Shown here: one piece after another, positions 29,066 to 42,184 of the stretch
Layout of the letters: every line of letters begins with the position of its first letter
Position numbering within the stretch: the stretch's first letter is position 1
NCBI RefSeq assembly: GCF_965263005.1
Contig: NZ_OZ253579.1
Location: 1,991,136 to 2,055,135 of the forward strand
Reading direction: 5' to 3'
Length of the DNA stretch: 64,000 bases
Source: Candidatus Rariloculus sp.
Lineage (GTDB): Bacteria > Pseudomonadota > Gammaproteobacteria > Steroidobacterales > Rariloculaceae
Notes under the pieces: model-generated
What the model was told of the DNA's origin: nothing
Databases searched by the model: none
Seen by the model: the letters and a program-made list of their open reading frames with translations, nothing else
Program-made: the position numbers and the translations under genes

Positions 29066-29367
29066 AGTGCTTGCTCCGTGTCGTTGCTGAGCTTGTGGGA
29101 TCCGTTTTGCCTCGCGGCGCCACGGGGCGACAATTCCACACCGTAGACGATATACAACTAGTTAAGAAATAACGTTGTTATTGTCAAGTAGATAAAAAGT
29201 TTTTTTAAATGTGCAGATCGGGTTTCCCTACCGCTGCGCCGGTCGAGGCGCCGAGGCGGGCTTCCGCGCGAGCGCGCCCGCCAGGGATTGTCCGGGCCGG
29301 CGAAACGTGGGATGCTCGCCGCAGCCTTCGTCGCGGCGCTGCGTGCGGCGCGCCGGCCGATTGACAC

Positions 29368-30447
29368 ATGAGCTTGAACCTATCGTCATCCGTCCTGTCC
29401 GGCCCGCTGTCCGGCGTCGGGCGGTTTCCGAGGGTTCGGCTCTGTCATGGGCCCACACCGCTGGAGGCGGCGCCCAACCTCGGTGCGGCGCTGGGCGTGG
29501 AGCTGTGGATCAAGCGCGACGACTGCACGGGGCTGGCGGCGGGGGGCAACAAATTGCGCCAGCTCGAGTTCCACTTCGGAGAGGCGCGCGCGAGAGGGGC
29601 CGATACGGTGCTGGTGACCGGCGCGGTGCAGTCGAATCTGGCGCGGCTCGCCGCGGCCGGCGCGCGCCGGCTCGGGCTCGACATCCACATTCAGCTCGAG
29701 GAGCGCGTACACGGTGCGGGCCCGCTTTACCGCGCCTCCGGCAACGTGCTGATCGACCGGCTGCTCGGGGCCACGCTGCATTCGTTTCCCGTCGGCGAGG
29801 ATGAGGTGGGCGCGGACGCCGCGCTGGAGCAGCTCGCCCGGGCGCTCGAAGCGCAGGGTAGAACGCCCCACGTGATCCACTCCGGTGTCAACGGTCCGCC
29901 GCTCGGCGGGCTCGGTTACGTGGTGGCGGCGGCGGAGGTCGCCGAGCAGGCGCGCGCCCGCGGCGTGCGGTTCGACGCGGTGGTCTGCCCCTCCGGCAGC
30001 GGCCTCACCCACGCTGGGACCCTGGTGGGATTGCGGGCGCTCGGGGAGACGGTGCCGGTGTACGGCATCTGCGTGCGTCGCGCGGCTCGCCGGCAGTGCA
30101 AGCGTGTGCAGGGGCTGGCGGCGGAGCTGGCGGCGATGATCGGGTGGCCCGCCGTGGTCCGGGCGGGCGACGTTGACGTGTGCGACGCCGTGCACGCGCC
30201 CGGCTACGGGCGGCTCAACGGCGCGGTGCGCGAGGCGATGGCGATGGCGGCACGGCGTGAGGGGCTGCTGCTCGATCCGGTGTACAGCGCCAAGGCAATG
30301 GCGGGGCTGATCGCGCACGCTCGATCGGGGCGGATCGGGAAGGGCCAGCGGGTGCTTTTCATCCACACCGGGGGCTTGCCGGCGCTGTTCGCCTACGGGG
30401 ACGAACTGCGGCCGTGGTTCGCGAACGCGGTGGAACACCCACAATGA
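29368..30447 (+). CDS. PLP-dependent D-cysteine desulfhydrase / ACC deaminase family protein
   Basis: 359-aa ORF with the family pattern TPLE...LWIKRDDCTG...GGNKLRQLEF...VTGAVQSNLAR...IHTGG. Confidence 0.8.
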   Translation: MSLNLSSSVLSGPLSGVGRFPRVRLCHGPTPLEAAPNLGAALGVELWIKRDDCTGLAAGGNKLRQLEFHFGEARARGADTVLVTGAVQSNLARLAAAGARRLGLDIHIQLEERVHGAGPLYRASGNVLIDRLLGATLHSFPVGEDEVGADAALEQLARALEAQGRTPHVIHSGVNGPPLGGLGYVVAAAEVAEQARARGVRFDAVVCPSGSGLTHAGTLVGLRALGETVPVYGICVRRAARRQCKRVQGLAAELAAMIGWPAVVRAGDVDVCDAVHAPGYGRLNGAVREAMAMAARREGLLLDPVYSAKAMAGLIAHARSGRIGKGQRVLFIHTGGLPALFAYGDELRPWFANAVEHPQ

Positions 30448-30459
30448 GAGATAACGACG

Positions 30460-31401
30460 TTATCCATGCGCGCCGGTTCGCGCCTTGGATCTGGCCTCAC
30501 GGAGTATCCACCGCCTGAACGCCTGGACTTCGGAGCGGTGTCGGGCGGCGGCGGTGGTGATGAGGCAGCAGCGTTCGGGCGCCGCGGACTGGCGCTTGAA
30601 GACGCGCACGAGCGATTCCTGCTCGAGTTCCTGGGCGATCAGCATCGGGCGTCCGATGGCGGCGCCGCTACCGTTCACCGCGGCGCGCACCAGCATGCTG
30701 TAGAGCCGGAAGCCGGAGGCCTCGGAGAGGTCCGGCGAGGGCCGGCCCTGGCGGGCGAACCAATACGGCCAGTCGGCGTCCCAGCCGAGATCGTAGAGCA
30801 GCGGCCAGTCGTGGAGGTCGGCGGGAATCCGGGGCCGCCCGCGCTCGTTGAGCAGCGCCGGGCTGCACACCGGCCGCAGATTCTCCTTGTAGAGCGTATC
30901 CTCCAGCAGCGTGTCCTCGGCGCGGGTCACCGGGCGCGGCGCGGCGGTTTCACCGCTGTAGGCAAGCCAGGCGTCGAAATCGCGCCGCTCCGGGTCGACG
31001 CCCCGGTGGTTGGTTTCGATTTCGATGGCAATGTCGGGGTGCGCGGCGGTGAACCCGGCCAACCTCGGCATGAGCCACTTTTCCGCCACCGCCTCGACGG
31101 AGACGATGCGCAAGCGCCGGGCCCGGCGGCCGAGGCGCTCGCCCGCGGCGTGAACCTCGGCGAGGATGCGCTGGACCTCCTTCAGGTACGCCCGGCCGCG
31201 GCGGTTGAGCTCCACGCCGCGGCGGCGGCGGTTGAAGAGCGAGGTGGCGAGGTGGCGTTCCAGCGTGCGCACGCGGTGGGCGACGGCGGCGGGGGTGACG
31301 CCGAGTTCGGCGCCGGCGCGGACGAAGCTCTCATGCCGGGCGGCGGCCTCAAAGAAGCGCAGGGATTCCAGCGGGGGCAAGTTCAGCAAGGTCGCGGACA
31401 T
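30460..31401 (-). CDS. LysR-family transcriptional regulator (GcvA-like)
   Basis: The track starts at TTG 31422; I prefer ATG 31401. The N-terminal HTH is LRFFEAAARHESFVRAGAELGVTPAAVAHRVRTLERHL, followed by a full substrate-binding domain. It is convergent with the desulfhydrase gene. Confidence 0.85.
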   Translation of the reverse strand: MSATLLNLPPLESLRFFEAAARHESFVRAGAELGVTPAAVAHRVRTLERHLATSLFNRRRRGVELNRRGRAYLKEVQRILAEVHAAGERLGRRARRLRIVSVEAVAEKWLMPRLAGFTAAHPDIAIEIETNHRGVDPERRDFDAWLAYSGETAAPRPVTRAEDTLLEDTLYKENLRPVCSPALLNERGRPRIPADLHDWPLLYDLGWDADWPYWFARQGRPSPDLSEASGFRLYSMLVRAAVNGSGAAIGRPMLIAQELEQESLVRVFKRQSAAPERCCLITTAAARHRSEVQAFRRWILREARSKARTGAHG

Positions 31402-31500
31402 CCAGACGGGGCGGATTGACAAAATATGATTACTTCATCGCATAGCTGCCTGCGGGAGTCAAGGGGTTAGCGACGAACGGACCGCCGGGCGGCGGCGGAC

Positions 31501-31842
31501 CTATCGGCCGCGCAGGCGGCGCCCGTCGGCGTGGTGGCGGGTGGTGCGGTGGATATCGCGGAGGATGCGCCGGATCGCCTCGCAGTAGGCCCGGCCGCGG
31601 CGGTTGAGGCGCACGCTGCGCTGGCGGCGGCTGAAGAGCGGGGCGCCGAAGTGGCGTTCCAGCGTGCGCACGCGGTGTGCGACGGCGGCGGGGGTGACGC
31701 CGAGTTCCTCGCCGGCGCGGACGAAGCTTTCATGACGGGCGGCGGCCTCGAAGAAGCGCAGGCAGTCCAGTGGCGGAAGGGGGTTCACGGGATCGGGGCA
31801 ATCGGGCAGCAGGGAGATGAAACACAAATATATCTTCGTCAT
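31501..31842 (-). CDS. LysR HTH-domain-only ORF, a truncated tandem duplicate of the neighbouring regulator's 5' part (may be a pseudogene)
   Basis: 113-aa ORF. Residues ~25-100 are nearly identical to the N-terminus of 30460-31401 (LRFFEAAARHESFVRAGEELGVTPAAVAHRVRTLERH...NRRGRAY). The DNA is roughly 85% identical by eye over about 225 bp at an offset of 399 bp. There is no effector-binding domain. Confidence 0.5.
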   Translation of the reverse strand: MTKIYLCFISLLPDCPDPVNPLPPLDCLRFFEAAARHESFVRAGEELGVTPAAVAHRVRTLERHFGAPLFSRRQRSVRLNRRGRAYCEAIRRILRDIHRTTRHHADGRRLRGR

Positions 31843-32477
31843 ATCAAAAATGCCATTTTTTCAACAGGGCTGCCGCGACGACCGCACGATGGGCATCGGG
31901 CGGTGACACATAGGTTCGGGCGAGGCCGGAGTTCCGCCTCAATACAAAAGTATTGTATTTAAAAAGCTGAAAATATTGGTATCCATAAGTAGTTACAATC
32001 AGGGTATCGTGCGTGGCGGTCGCCGCGGTGGAGGTTCACGCCGCTGCATGAACGTGACACGCGACCGGGATCGATGCGTCGATGGACTTGAGATGCGCGG
32101 CAGCGACTTGAATCGTCATCATGCGCGGAGCGACGAGGCCGTGACCGCGCCTCGGGCGCAAGCGTGCGACTATCTGCTGGTCGTCGGTCCCGGTCATTCG
32201 GGCAGCACGTTCCGCTTGCGGTTTGCTTACCCCGCAAAGATCGGATTGTGAGCTGGAAGTTGGAGCAAGTCGAAGTAATTAATACAAAACGATCTGTTAT
32301 GGTTCTCTGTAGGCTGATGCTTGCTGCGTAGTTCAAGATGCGGGCTCATCGGGCGTCAAACAAGTGGCATCAAACACGTGTCAGCGAACGACGCGTGCCA
32401 TTGCGCGAGCCATCGGCCGCCATGGTATTCTGCCGGGGCCCACGGTTCGGGTCTGCCGCCTGATTGCCAGCACACGA

Positions 32478-33224
32478 ATGAACCGCCTCAAATCGATCGC
32501 GCCGGTCGCGATCATCGCCGCCGCCCTCGGTTATGCGCTGCTGGCCAATGCGCAGGGGTTCAGACGCGGCTTCCGGATCGAGCAGAACGACCCGCCCGCG
32601 ACCGAGCTCGTCGTCGCGCGATGGCATTTCGGGACGAATGGCCTCATCGGCCACATGGGCTGGTCGCACAACTACCCGAGTTCCGATCAGAACCTCAACC
32701 AGTTCATCAAGGACGCGACCGGGATCGATATCGAGGTCGCATCATTCCGGATCGTCGAGCTCGGCAGCCCCGAGGTGTTCGACTATCCTTTCGCCTACGT
32801 GTCCGAGCCCGGCGAGATGGAACTCACCGAGCAGGAGGTCATCAACCTGCGCGAGTTTGTGAATCGCGGCGGCTTCGTGCTCATGGACGATTTCGACGGC
32901 ATCGTGCAGCTCGAAACGATGCGATCGCAGGTCGCGCGAGCGTTCCCGGACAGGCCTTTCATGCAACTGCTAAACGATCATCGCGTGCTGCACTCGCATT
33001 TCGATCTCGACGACCTGAGTCGTATGTCGCCGTACGTGCCAGGCGGGCGGATCGTCTATTATGGAATCATGAACGACCGTGGCGATCTCGCGATCGCGGC
33101 GGGCCATAACAACGATCTCGCCAACTTCTGGGACTGGTACGACGAGCCGCAGATGCCGCTCGAGCCTGCGGCCGATGCGTTCAGGCTCGGCGTCAATTTC
33201 GCCGTCTGGGCATTCACGCACTGA
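32478..33224 (+). CDS. DUF4159-domain protein, secreted
   Basis: The track starts at 32364; I place the start at ATG 32478. The signal is MNRLKSIAPVAIIAAALGYALLANAQG. The pattern ARWHF...W.HNYP.SD.NL...YPFAYVSEPGEM.LTEQEV.NLREFVNRGGFVLMDDF matches DUF4159 by recall. Confidence 0.7.
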   Translation: MNRLKSIAPVAIIAAALGYALLANAQGFRRGFRIEQNDPPATELVVARWHFGTNGLIGHMGWSHNYPSSDQNLNQFIKDATGIDIEVASFRIVELGSPEVFDYPFAYVSEPGEMELTEQEVINLREFVNRGGFVLMDDFDGIVQLETMRSQVARAFPDRPFMQLLNDHRVLHSHFDLDDLSRMSPYVPGGRIVYYGIMNDRGDLAIAAGHNNDLANFWDWYDEPQMPLEPAADAFRLGVNFAVWAFTH

Positions 33225-33294
33225 CGTGCGCAGCCGGGACTGGCCTGCATAGCAAACTACTCAGCCTCTGAAGGGCCGCGTTTGCGGCTCTCAG

Positions 33295-34743
33295 TCAATC
33301 CGTGCGTGCGGACTCGGCGTAGGGTTGCCGGTTCGGCGGCCGGTTGTCCGGCGGCAGCGACATCGGTCCGCCGAGCCCCGTGGCGGTCGGTATCGGCGTG
33401 TCGTCCATTCCCACGACCGGAGCTCGTGGCAGCGCGTCGAGCTCGCCGATCAGCCGCTCGAAGACGTCGGTTCGCTCGGCGGCCAGGTCGTTCTCCTCGT
33501 AGGGATCTTCGGCGATCCGAAAGAGCGAGTATCGAAGCATGCCCGTCGCCGGGTCAGGTAGCTGCACGAGTTTCCATTCCTCGTCGATATAGGCGATCGA
33601 GTATTGCTGGTGGTTGTGTCTTGCGAGCACGACGGCGCGCTCCTCAACGGCCTCGCCCGAGCTCAGCGCCGGCCAGAGGTTGATGCCATCGAGCGGCTGC
33701 GGCCACTCGGCATCGACTTCCGTCGCGGCCATGAAGGTGGGCAGAACGTCCTCGACGGTAACGATGCCGTCGTAGCGTGATCCGGCGTCGAGCACGCCGG
33801 GCAGCCGCATCAGGGCCGGCACGTGGATGCCGCCCTCCCATGGCCTGCCCTTGCCGTCCCGGAACGGGCCGTTGTCGGCGCCGAGGTTCTCCTCGCCGCC
33901 GTTGTCGCTCATGAACATCACGAGCGTGTCGTCGTTCAAGCCCTCTTCATCGAGTGCGGCGAGGACGCGCGCGATGCCGCGATCCATCTCGGTCACCATC
34001 GCGGCAAAAATCCGGCGATCGAGATCCCTGATCCCGCTGTACTCTGCGATCGCGTCGGCCGGTGCCTGCAGCGGCGAGTGGGGCGCGTTGAAAGCGACAT
34101 AGAGAAACAGCGGCGCCTCGGTATCGCGTTCGTGTATGAGCCGGACAGCCTCGTCCGCGATCAGATCCGTCGCGTAACCTTCCTCGTGAACCGTGGTGCC
34201 GTTGCGTTGCCAGTCGACACCGCGCCAGATCGTGTGCAGCTCGTGATTGATGAAACCACCGAGATGGCCATAGTAATGATCGAAACCCCGATTCTGCGGG
34301 TGATACATGACGTGATTCGGGCCGAGGTGCCACTTGCCGACCGCGAAGGTCTGGTATCCGGCTTCCTTGTAATATTCCGGGAGCAGCTTCTCGCTGCTCG
34401 GCAGTCCCGTGCTGAACCACGGCTCGAACGGAATGAGCACGCCGGTCTTGAGCGGCGAACGTCCCGTCATGAGAGCGCCTCTCGTCGGCGAGCACAGCGG
34501 ATGCGCGTAGAAGCGCCCGAGCACGACGCCCTCCGCGGCGAGCCTGTCGAGTGTCGGAGTTCTTATCTCGCTGCCGTGATAACCGACATCGTTCCAGCCA
34601 AGATCGTCGGCGACGAAGAGAACCACATTGGTCACGGCGTGGGCGGGCCCGCAATGAATGGCGAACAGACTCATCGCCGCGGCAACGTAGCTTGCGCAAG
34701 CGCGGGCTGTCGTGCCGCATTGATGACTTTTCGTCTGCGGCAT
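33295..34743 (-). CDS. Arylsulfatase (Cys-type, formylglycine-dependent)
   Basis: The track starts at 34791. ATG 34743 has GAGGA 8 nt upstream. The sulfatase signature is VVLFVADDLGWNDVGYHG...PLCSPTRGALMTGR (C-x-P-x-R). Confidence 0.9.
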   Translation of the reverse strand: MPQTKSHQCGTTARACASYVAAAMSLFAIHCGPAHAVTNVVLFVADDLGWNDVGYHGSEIRTPTLDRLAAEGVVLGRFYAHPLCSPTRGALMTGRSPLKTGVLIPFEPWFSTGLPSSEKLLPEYYKEAGYQTFAVGKWHLGPNHVMYHPQNRGFDHYYGHLGGFINHELHTIWRGVDWQRNGTTVHEEGYATDLIADEAVRLIHERDTEAPLFLYVAFNAPHSPLQAPADAIAEYSGIRDLDRRIFAAMVTEMDRGIARVLAALDEEGLNDDTLVMFMSDNGGEENLGADNGPFRDGKGRPWEGGIHVPALMRLPGVLDAGSRYDGIVTVEDVLPTFMAATEVDAEWPQPLDGINLWPALSSGEAVEERAVVLARHNHQQYSIAYIDEEWKLVQLPDPATGMLRYSLFRIAEDPYEENDLAAERTDVFERLIGELDALPRAPVVGMDDTPIPTATGLGGPMSLPPDNRPPNRQPYAESARTD

Positions 34744-34904
34744 GTCCGGTATCCTCATGTCTGGTAGCCCGTGGCAAAAGCCCTGCTGCATGGGGCGGAA
34801 TACCGCCTCGCTGAAGACGGCTGATCGACAGGCGGTGCATCCCGCCTGATCTGCGTTGCTCGTCGCTCAAATATGTTCAATATTCTCACTCCTCGCGCCT
34901 TGTC

Positions 34905-34960
34905 AGGCGGGCGCCCCGCCGGTCTCGGTGCGACGCGGGGTTTTACCACGGGCTGCCAGG
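34905..34960 (+). repeat. ~58-bp dispersed repeat, copy A (most diverged)
   Basis: The sequence aggcgggcgccccgccggtctcggtgcgacgcggggttttaccacgggctgccagg aligns with copies at 40795 and 53861. It is intergenic, between the divergent sulfatase and czcC genes. Confidence 0.75.
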
Positions 34961-35144
34961 CGCATCGATTCTACCCGGACAGCTGCGCTGCGGCACGCCG
35001 GGTCCGCGTGCCGCACCGGCGCAACACTTGGAGGCAGGGCGATTTGTACGCGGTTGCGCTCATGTGTTATTGGTGCGCCTCTGTGTCCGGTTCGTCGGAT
35101 GGCCCGCGGTTCCGGCTGGCCGCGAGCTTTAGGAGTTCGGTGCT

Positions 35145-36433
35145 ATGCGGCGTTTGAGCGCGCGTCGGCTATGGGCCTGCGTTTACCTGGCGATGTTCGT
35201 CACCGCCGCCTCGGCTCAGGGAGGCGCAGATTCCGTCCTTGCGGCCTTGAGCCTCGAGGAAGCGCTTGTCAGGACCGTCTCGGCCAATCCGGGCCTCGTC
35301 GCGTTCGGTTACCAGATCGATGCAGCCGAAGGCCGGCTCAGGCAGGCGCAAATCCCACCCGGTCCCGAGCTCGACGCGGCGCTTCAGGACGTGCTTGGTA
35401 CGAACACACACCGTGGCGTGAGGAGCGCCGAGGCAACGGTGTCGATCGCCTGGGTCCTCGAGCGCGGTGTCCGCGAGCGCCGTGTCTCGGCGGCGCGGGC
35501 CGGTGTCGCGCTCCGCACGATCGATGCCGAGATCGCGCGCCTCGATGTCGCCGCCGAGACAGCCCGCAGATTCCTCGGATGCCTGGCTTTCCAGGAACGG
35601 TTGAGCAACGCGATCGAGGCCGTTCGGCTTGCCGAAGAGACGGTCGCGGCCGTCCGGGCCAGGGTTGAGGCAGGCAGCGCGCTGGAGGCGGAGCTTGCGC
35701 GAGCGGAGGCGGGACTCGCACGAGCCGCACTCGACCAGGAGCACGACGAGCATGAACTGCTGTCCGCCTACCATCGACTCAGTGCGCAGTGGGGCGATAC
35801 GGTGCCTGATTTCAGCTCCGTGAAGGGCGACGTCACGGCGCTCCCGGGTATCGAGCCGTTCGAGGCGTTGCTCGCCCGAGCGGACGGCAACCCCGAGCTT
35901 GCGAGGTACATGTCTCGGCAAAGGCTCGCCGAAGCGGAACTCAGGGTCGCCGAAGCGCGAAGCCGCCCCGATTGGCGTGCATCGGCGGGTCTACGCCGCG
36001 TCGAGGCCACCGACGAATTCGTCTTGGTCGGGACTATCGCGATTCCGTTGCGTACGAGTGGCCGAAACCTCGGACATGTTGCCGAGGCGCGGGCCGATAT
36101 CGCCCGCACCGAGGCTGAAGCCGTGGCCACCCGGATCGATCTCGAAACGGCTTTGTTCGTGCTCCACCAGGAGTTCAACCATAATCTGCAGCTTGCCGCG
36201 GGCCTGCGCGACGAAGTGATCCCTCGTCTCGAGCGCGCGCTCACCGATACGAGGCGGGCCTACGAACTTGGCCGTTACGGTTACTTCGAATGGAGCGTCG
36301 TGCAGGGCGAGCTGCTACAGGCCAACAGCGATCTGCTCGAAGCCAGTGTCGCCGCGCATCAGGTCGTCATCGAGATCGAGCGTCTGACCGGCGTGCAGGC
36401 TGCGCTGCCGCCCGCGCCCCAACGAGGTGTGCC

Positions 36434-36437
<4 letters not shown>
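35145..36437 (+). CDS. czcC: Outer-membrane efflux protein of a heavy-metal RND system (CzcC/TolC family)
   Basis: 430-aa ORF with a signal peptide and the OMF pattern (LSLEEALVRTVSANPGL...). It is the first gene of a C-B-A arrangement. Its stop overlaps the next start (ATGA 36434-36437). Confidence 0.8.
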
Positions 36438-40794
<4,357 letters not shown>

Positions 40795-40853
40795 CCGGCC
40801 GGGCGCCTCGCCGGTCCCGGTGCGACGCGGGACCTTCGCCACGAGCTGCTAGG
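40795..40853 (+). repeat. ~58-bp dispersed repeat, copy B (perfect 7-bp hairpin GGTCCCG-N8-CGGGACC at 40813-40834)
   Basis: The sequence ccggccgggcgcctcgccggtcccggtgcgacgcgggaccttcgccacgagctgctagg begins immediately after the czcA stop codon (TAG 40792-40794). Confidence 0.8.
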
Positions 40854-41053
40854 AGCCTGCGCCGCAGAACGATTTCGAACGCCTAAGGTGGGAAAACTGG
40901 AACAGATTTCTGCCCGTAGTGCTGAAAAGTTGTTACCTCGTCCCATATTTGCGCATGAAATAGCGGTAAAGTGGAGCTGTGTCCCACGAGAATTTTCTAC
41001 GGCGCAGACTCCTAGCGCACTCCTTGCCGAACGCTAGGGATTCGCGCACGGAA

Positions 41054-41101
41054 TTGACACATCGGCGCCCCACATTCTAGTATCCGGAAACGTTCCCGGA
41101 T
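41054..41101 (+). promoter_or_regulatory. Candidate sigma70-type promoter (TTGACA-N18-TAGTAT) with an overlapping near-palindromic operator, upstream of the vapBC module
   Basis: TTGACA lies at 41054-41059 and TAGTAT at 41078-41083, an 18-nt spacer. ATCCGGAAACGTTCCCGGAT at 41082-41101 is palindromic at 18 of 20 positions. This layout is typical of autoregulated toxin-antitoxin promoters. Confidence 0.45.
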
Positions 41102-41153
41102 TATAAGCCGCATTATGAAACAAGGAGATCTGAAGATCCGGAAGGCATCACGT

Positions 41154-41435
41154 ATGGCGCGTCACCGAAAGAAGATCGCAACCAGCGGCGCCAAGCGCGT
41201 GGAAGTCACCGTTCCCTCCCGCGACGCGCCCCTCGTCAAGGCGATCGCCAGTGCCCTTCGCTCGGACGGCGAGGATGCCAAACTCATTCGAAACTCGCTG
41301 CAACCCGTGCTCGGCGTCCCCAGAGCAAGAACTGGCAGCGAATTGGTGGCGTTCCTTCGCGCCTCACCTCTAACCGATTCCGGCTTGCTGATTGAACGCG
41401 ACAGGTCTACCGGTCGCTCGGCTGAATTTGACTAG
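41154..41435 (+). CDS. Putative antitoxin of a VapBC-type module
   Basis: The track ORF starts at ATG 41115, which has no SD. ATG 41154 has GGAAGG about 9 nt upstream. The product is small and basic (MARHRKKIATSGAKRVEVTVPSRDAPLVKAIASALRS...). Its stop TAG 41433-41435 overlaps the GTG start of the PIN toxin by 1 nt. Confidence 0.55.
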   Translation: MARHRKKIATSGAKRVEVTVPSRDAPLVKAIASALRSDGEDAKLIRNSLQPVLGVPRARTGSELVAFLRASPLTDSGLLIERDRSTGRSAEFD

Positions 41436-41872
41436 TGGCCTTTCTCCTCGACACCAATGTTGTCAGCGAGACGATCAGGCCACGACCTCAGCAGGCTGTG
41501 GTCGACTGGATTCAAGCCCAATCCCCGACGGACCTTTTCCTCGCAGCACAAACCATCGGGGAACTGGTGCGAGGCGCACGGAAGGTAAAGGAAACAGCGC
41601 GTCGCGAACGATTTGAACGATGGATCGAGCAGGACCTGGCCCGACAGTTTGAAGGGCGCATCTTGCCTTTCGACGGTGCCGCGGCGGCCGTTTGGGGGCG
41701 CCTGATGGGCGACGGCGATCTCAAGGGCCAGCCCCCTGCAGCAGCCGATGCTCAGATTGCAGCCGTAGCCTTCCAGCATGAATTGATTCTCGTGACGCGA
41801 AACGAGAAGGACTTTGTTCGCTTCGATGTACAGTTGCTCAATCCATGGCGTTTGAACGAAAGAAATGGATGA
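41435..41872 (+). CDS. vapC: PIN-domain ribonuclease toxin VapC (FitB-like)
   Basis: 145-aa ORF. The PIN acidic motifs are present in order: FLLDTNVVSE, TIGELVRG, ADAQIAAVA, LVTRNEKDF. Confidence 0.85.
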   Translation: MAFLLDTNVVSETIRPRPQQAVVDWIQAQSPTDLFLAAQTIGELVRGARKVKETARRERFERWIEQDLARQFEGRILPFDGAAAAVWGRLMGDGDLKGQPPAAADAQIAAVAFQHELILVTRNEKDFVRFDVQLLNPWRLNERNG

Positions 41873-41955
41873 GTTTTTCCGAAATATCCAAAAGAACAGA
41901 CGAGATCTGATGGAGAGATTGCGAGACCCTTGGCCATGGCCGTGCAGCCGGCACC

Positions 41956-42180
41956 TCAGCCCCGGTTCGCCATTGCCGTCTCTGCATTGAGTGGCTCAGC
42001 GAAATGGAGCGTAGCGCGCAGATCGCTGTCGAGGGCGGCCAGCATCTTCATCAACCTGTCCGCCGTAAAACGCCCCAGATCCGCACTGTAAATTCGCGAG
42101 AAGTCAGCTGCAGCGAAGCAGGTCAACGTGGCGGCTTTTCTGACCGAAAGCCCGCGGTCGTCCAGTACAGCGATGACCAG
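41956..42180 (-). pseudogene. XRE-type HTH antitoxin-like gene remnant (N-terminus and start codon missing)
   Basis: My translation is ...[76 protein letters not shown]. It follows the pattern of small XRE antitoxins (...glsq.eaA..lgv....S.l.rG....fs.d.L..mL.aLg..v.i.v). The frame opens just after a TGA inside the 3' end of the dehydrogenase gene and has no ATG or GTG upstream of the HTH. Confidence 0.4.
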
Positions 42181-42184
42181 GGTG

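Noticed and set aside
29150-29215. AT-rich patch with the inverted repeat AATAAC-GTT-GTTATT (29168-29182) upstream of the desulfhydrase gene, considered as a LysR operator
   Set aside because: The neighbouring LysR gene is convergent rather than divergent, the spacing does not fit T-N11-A, and a single occurrence is not interpretable.
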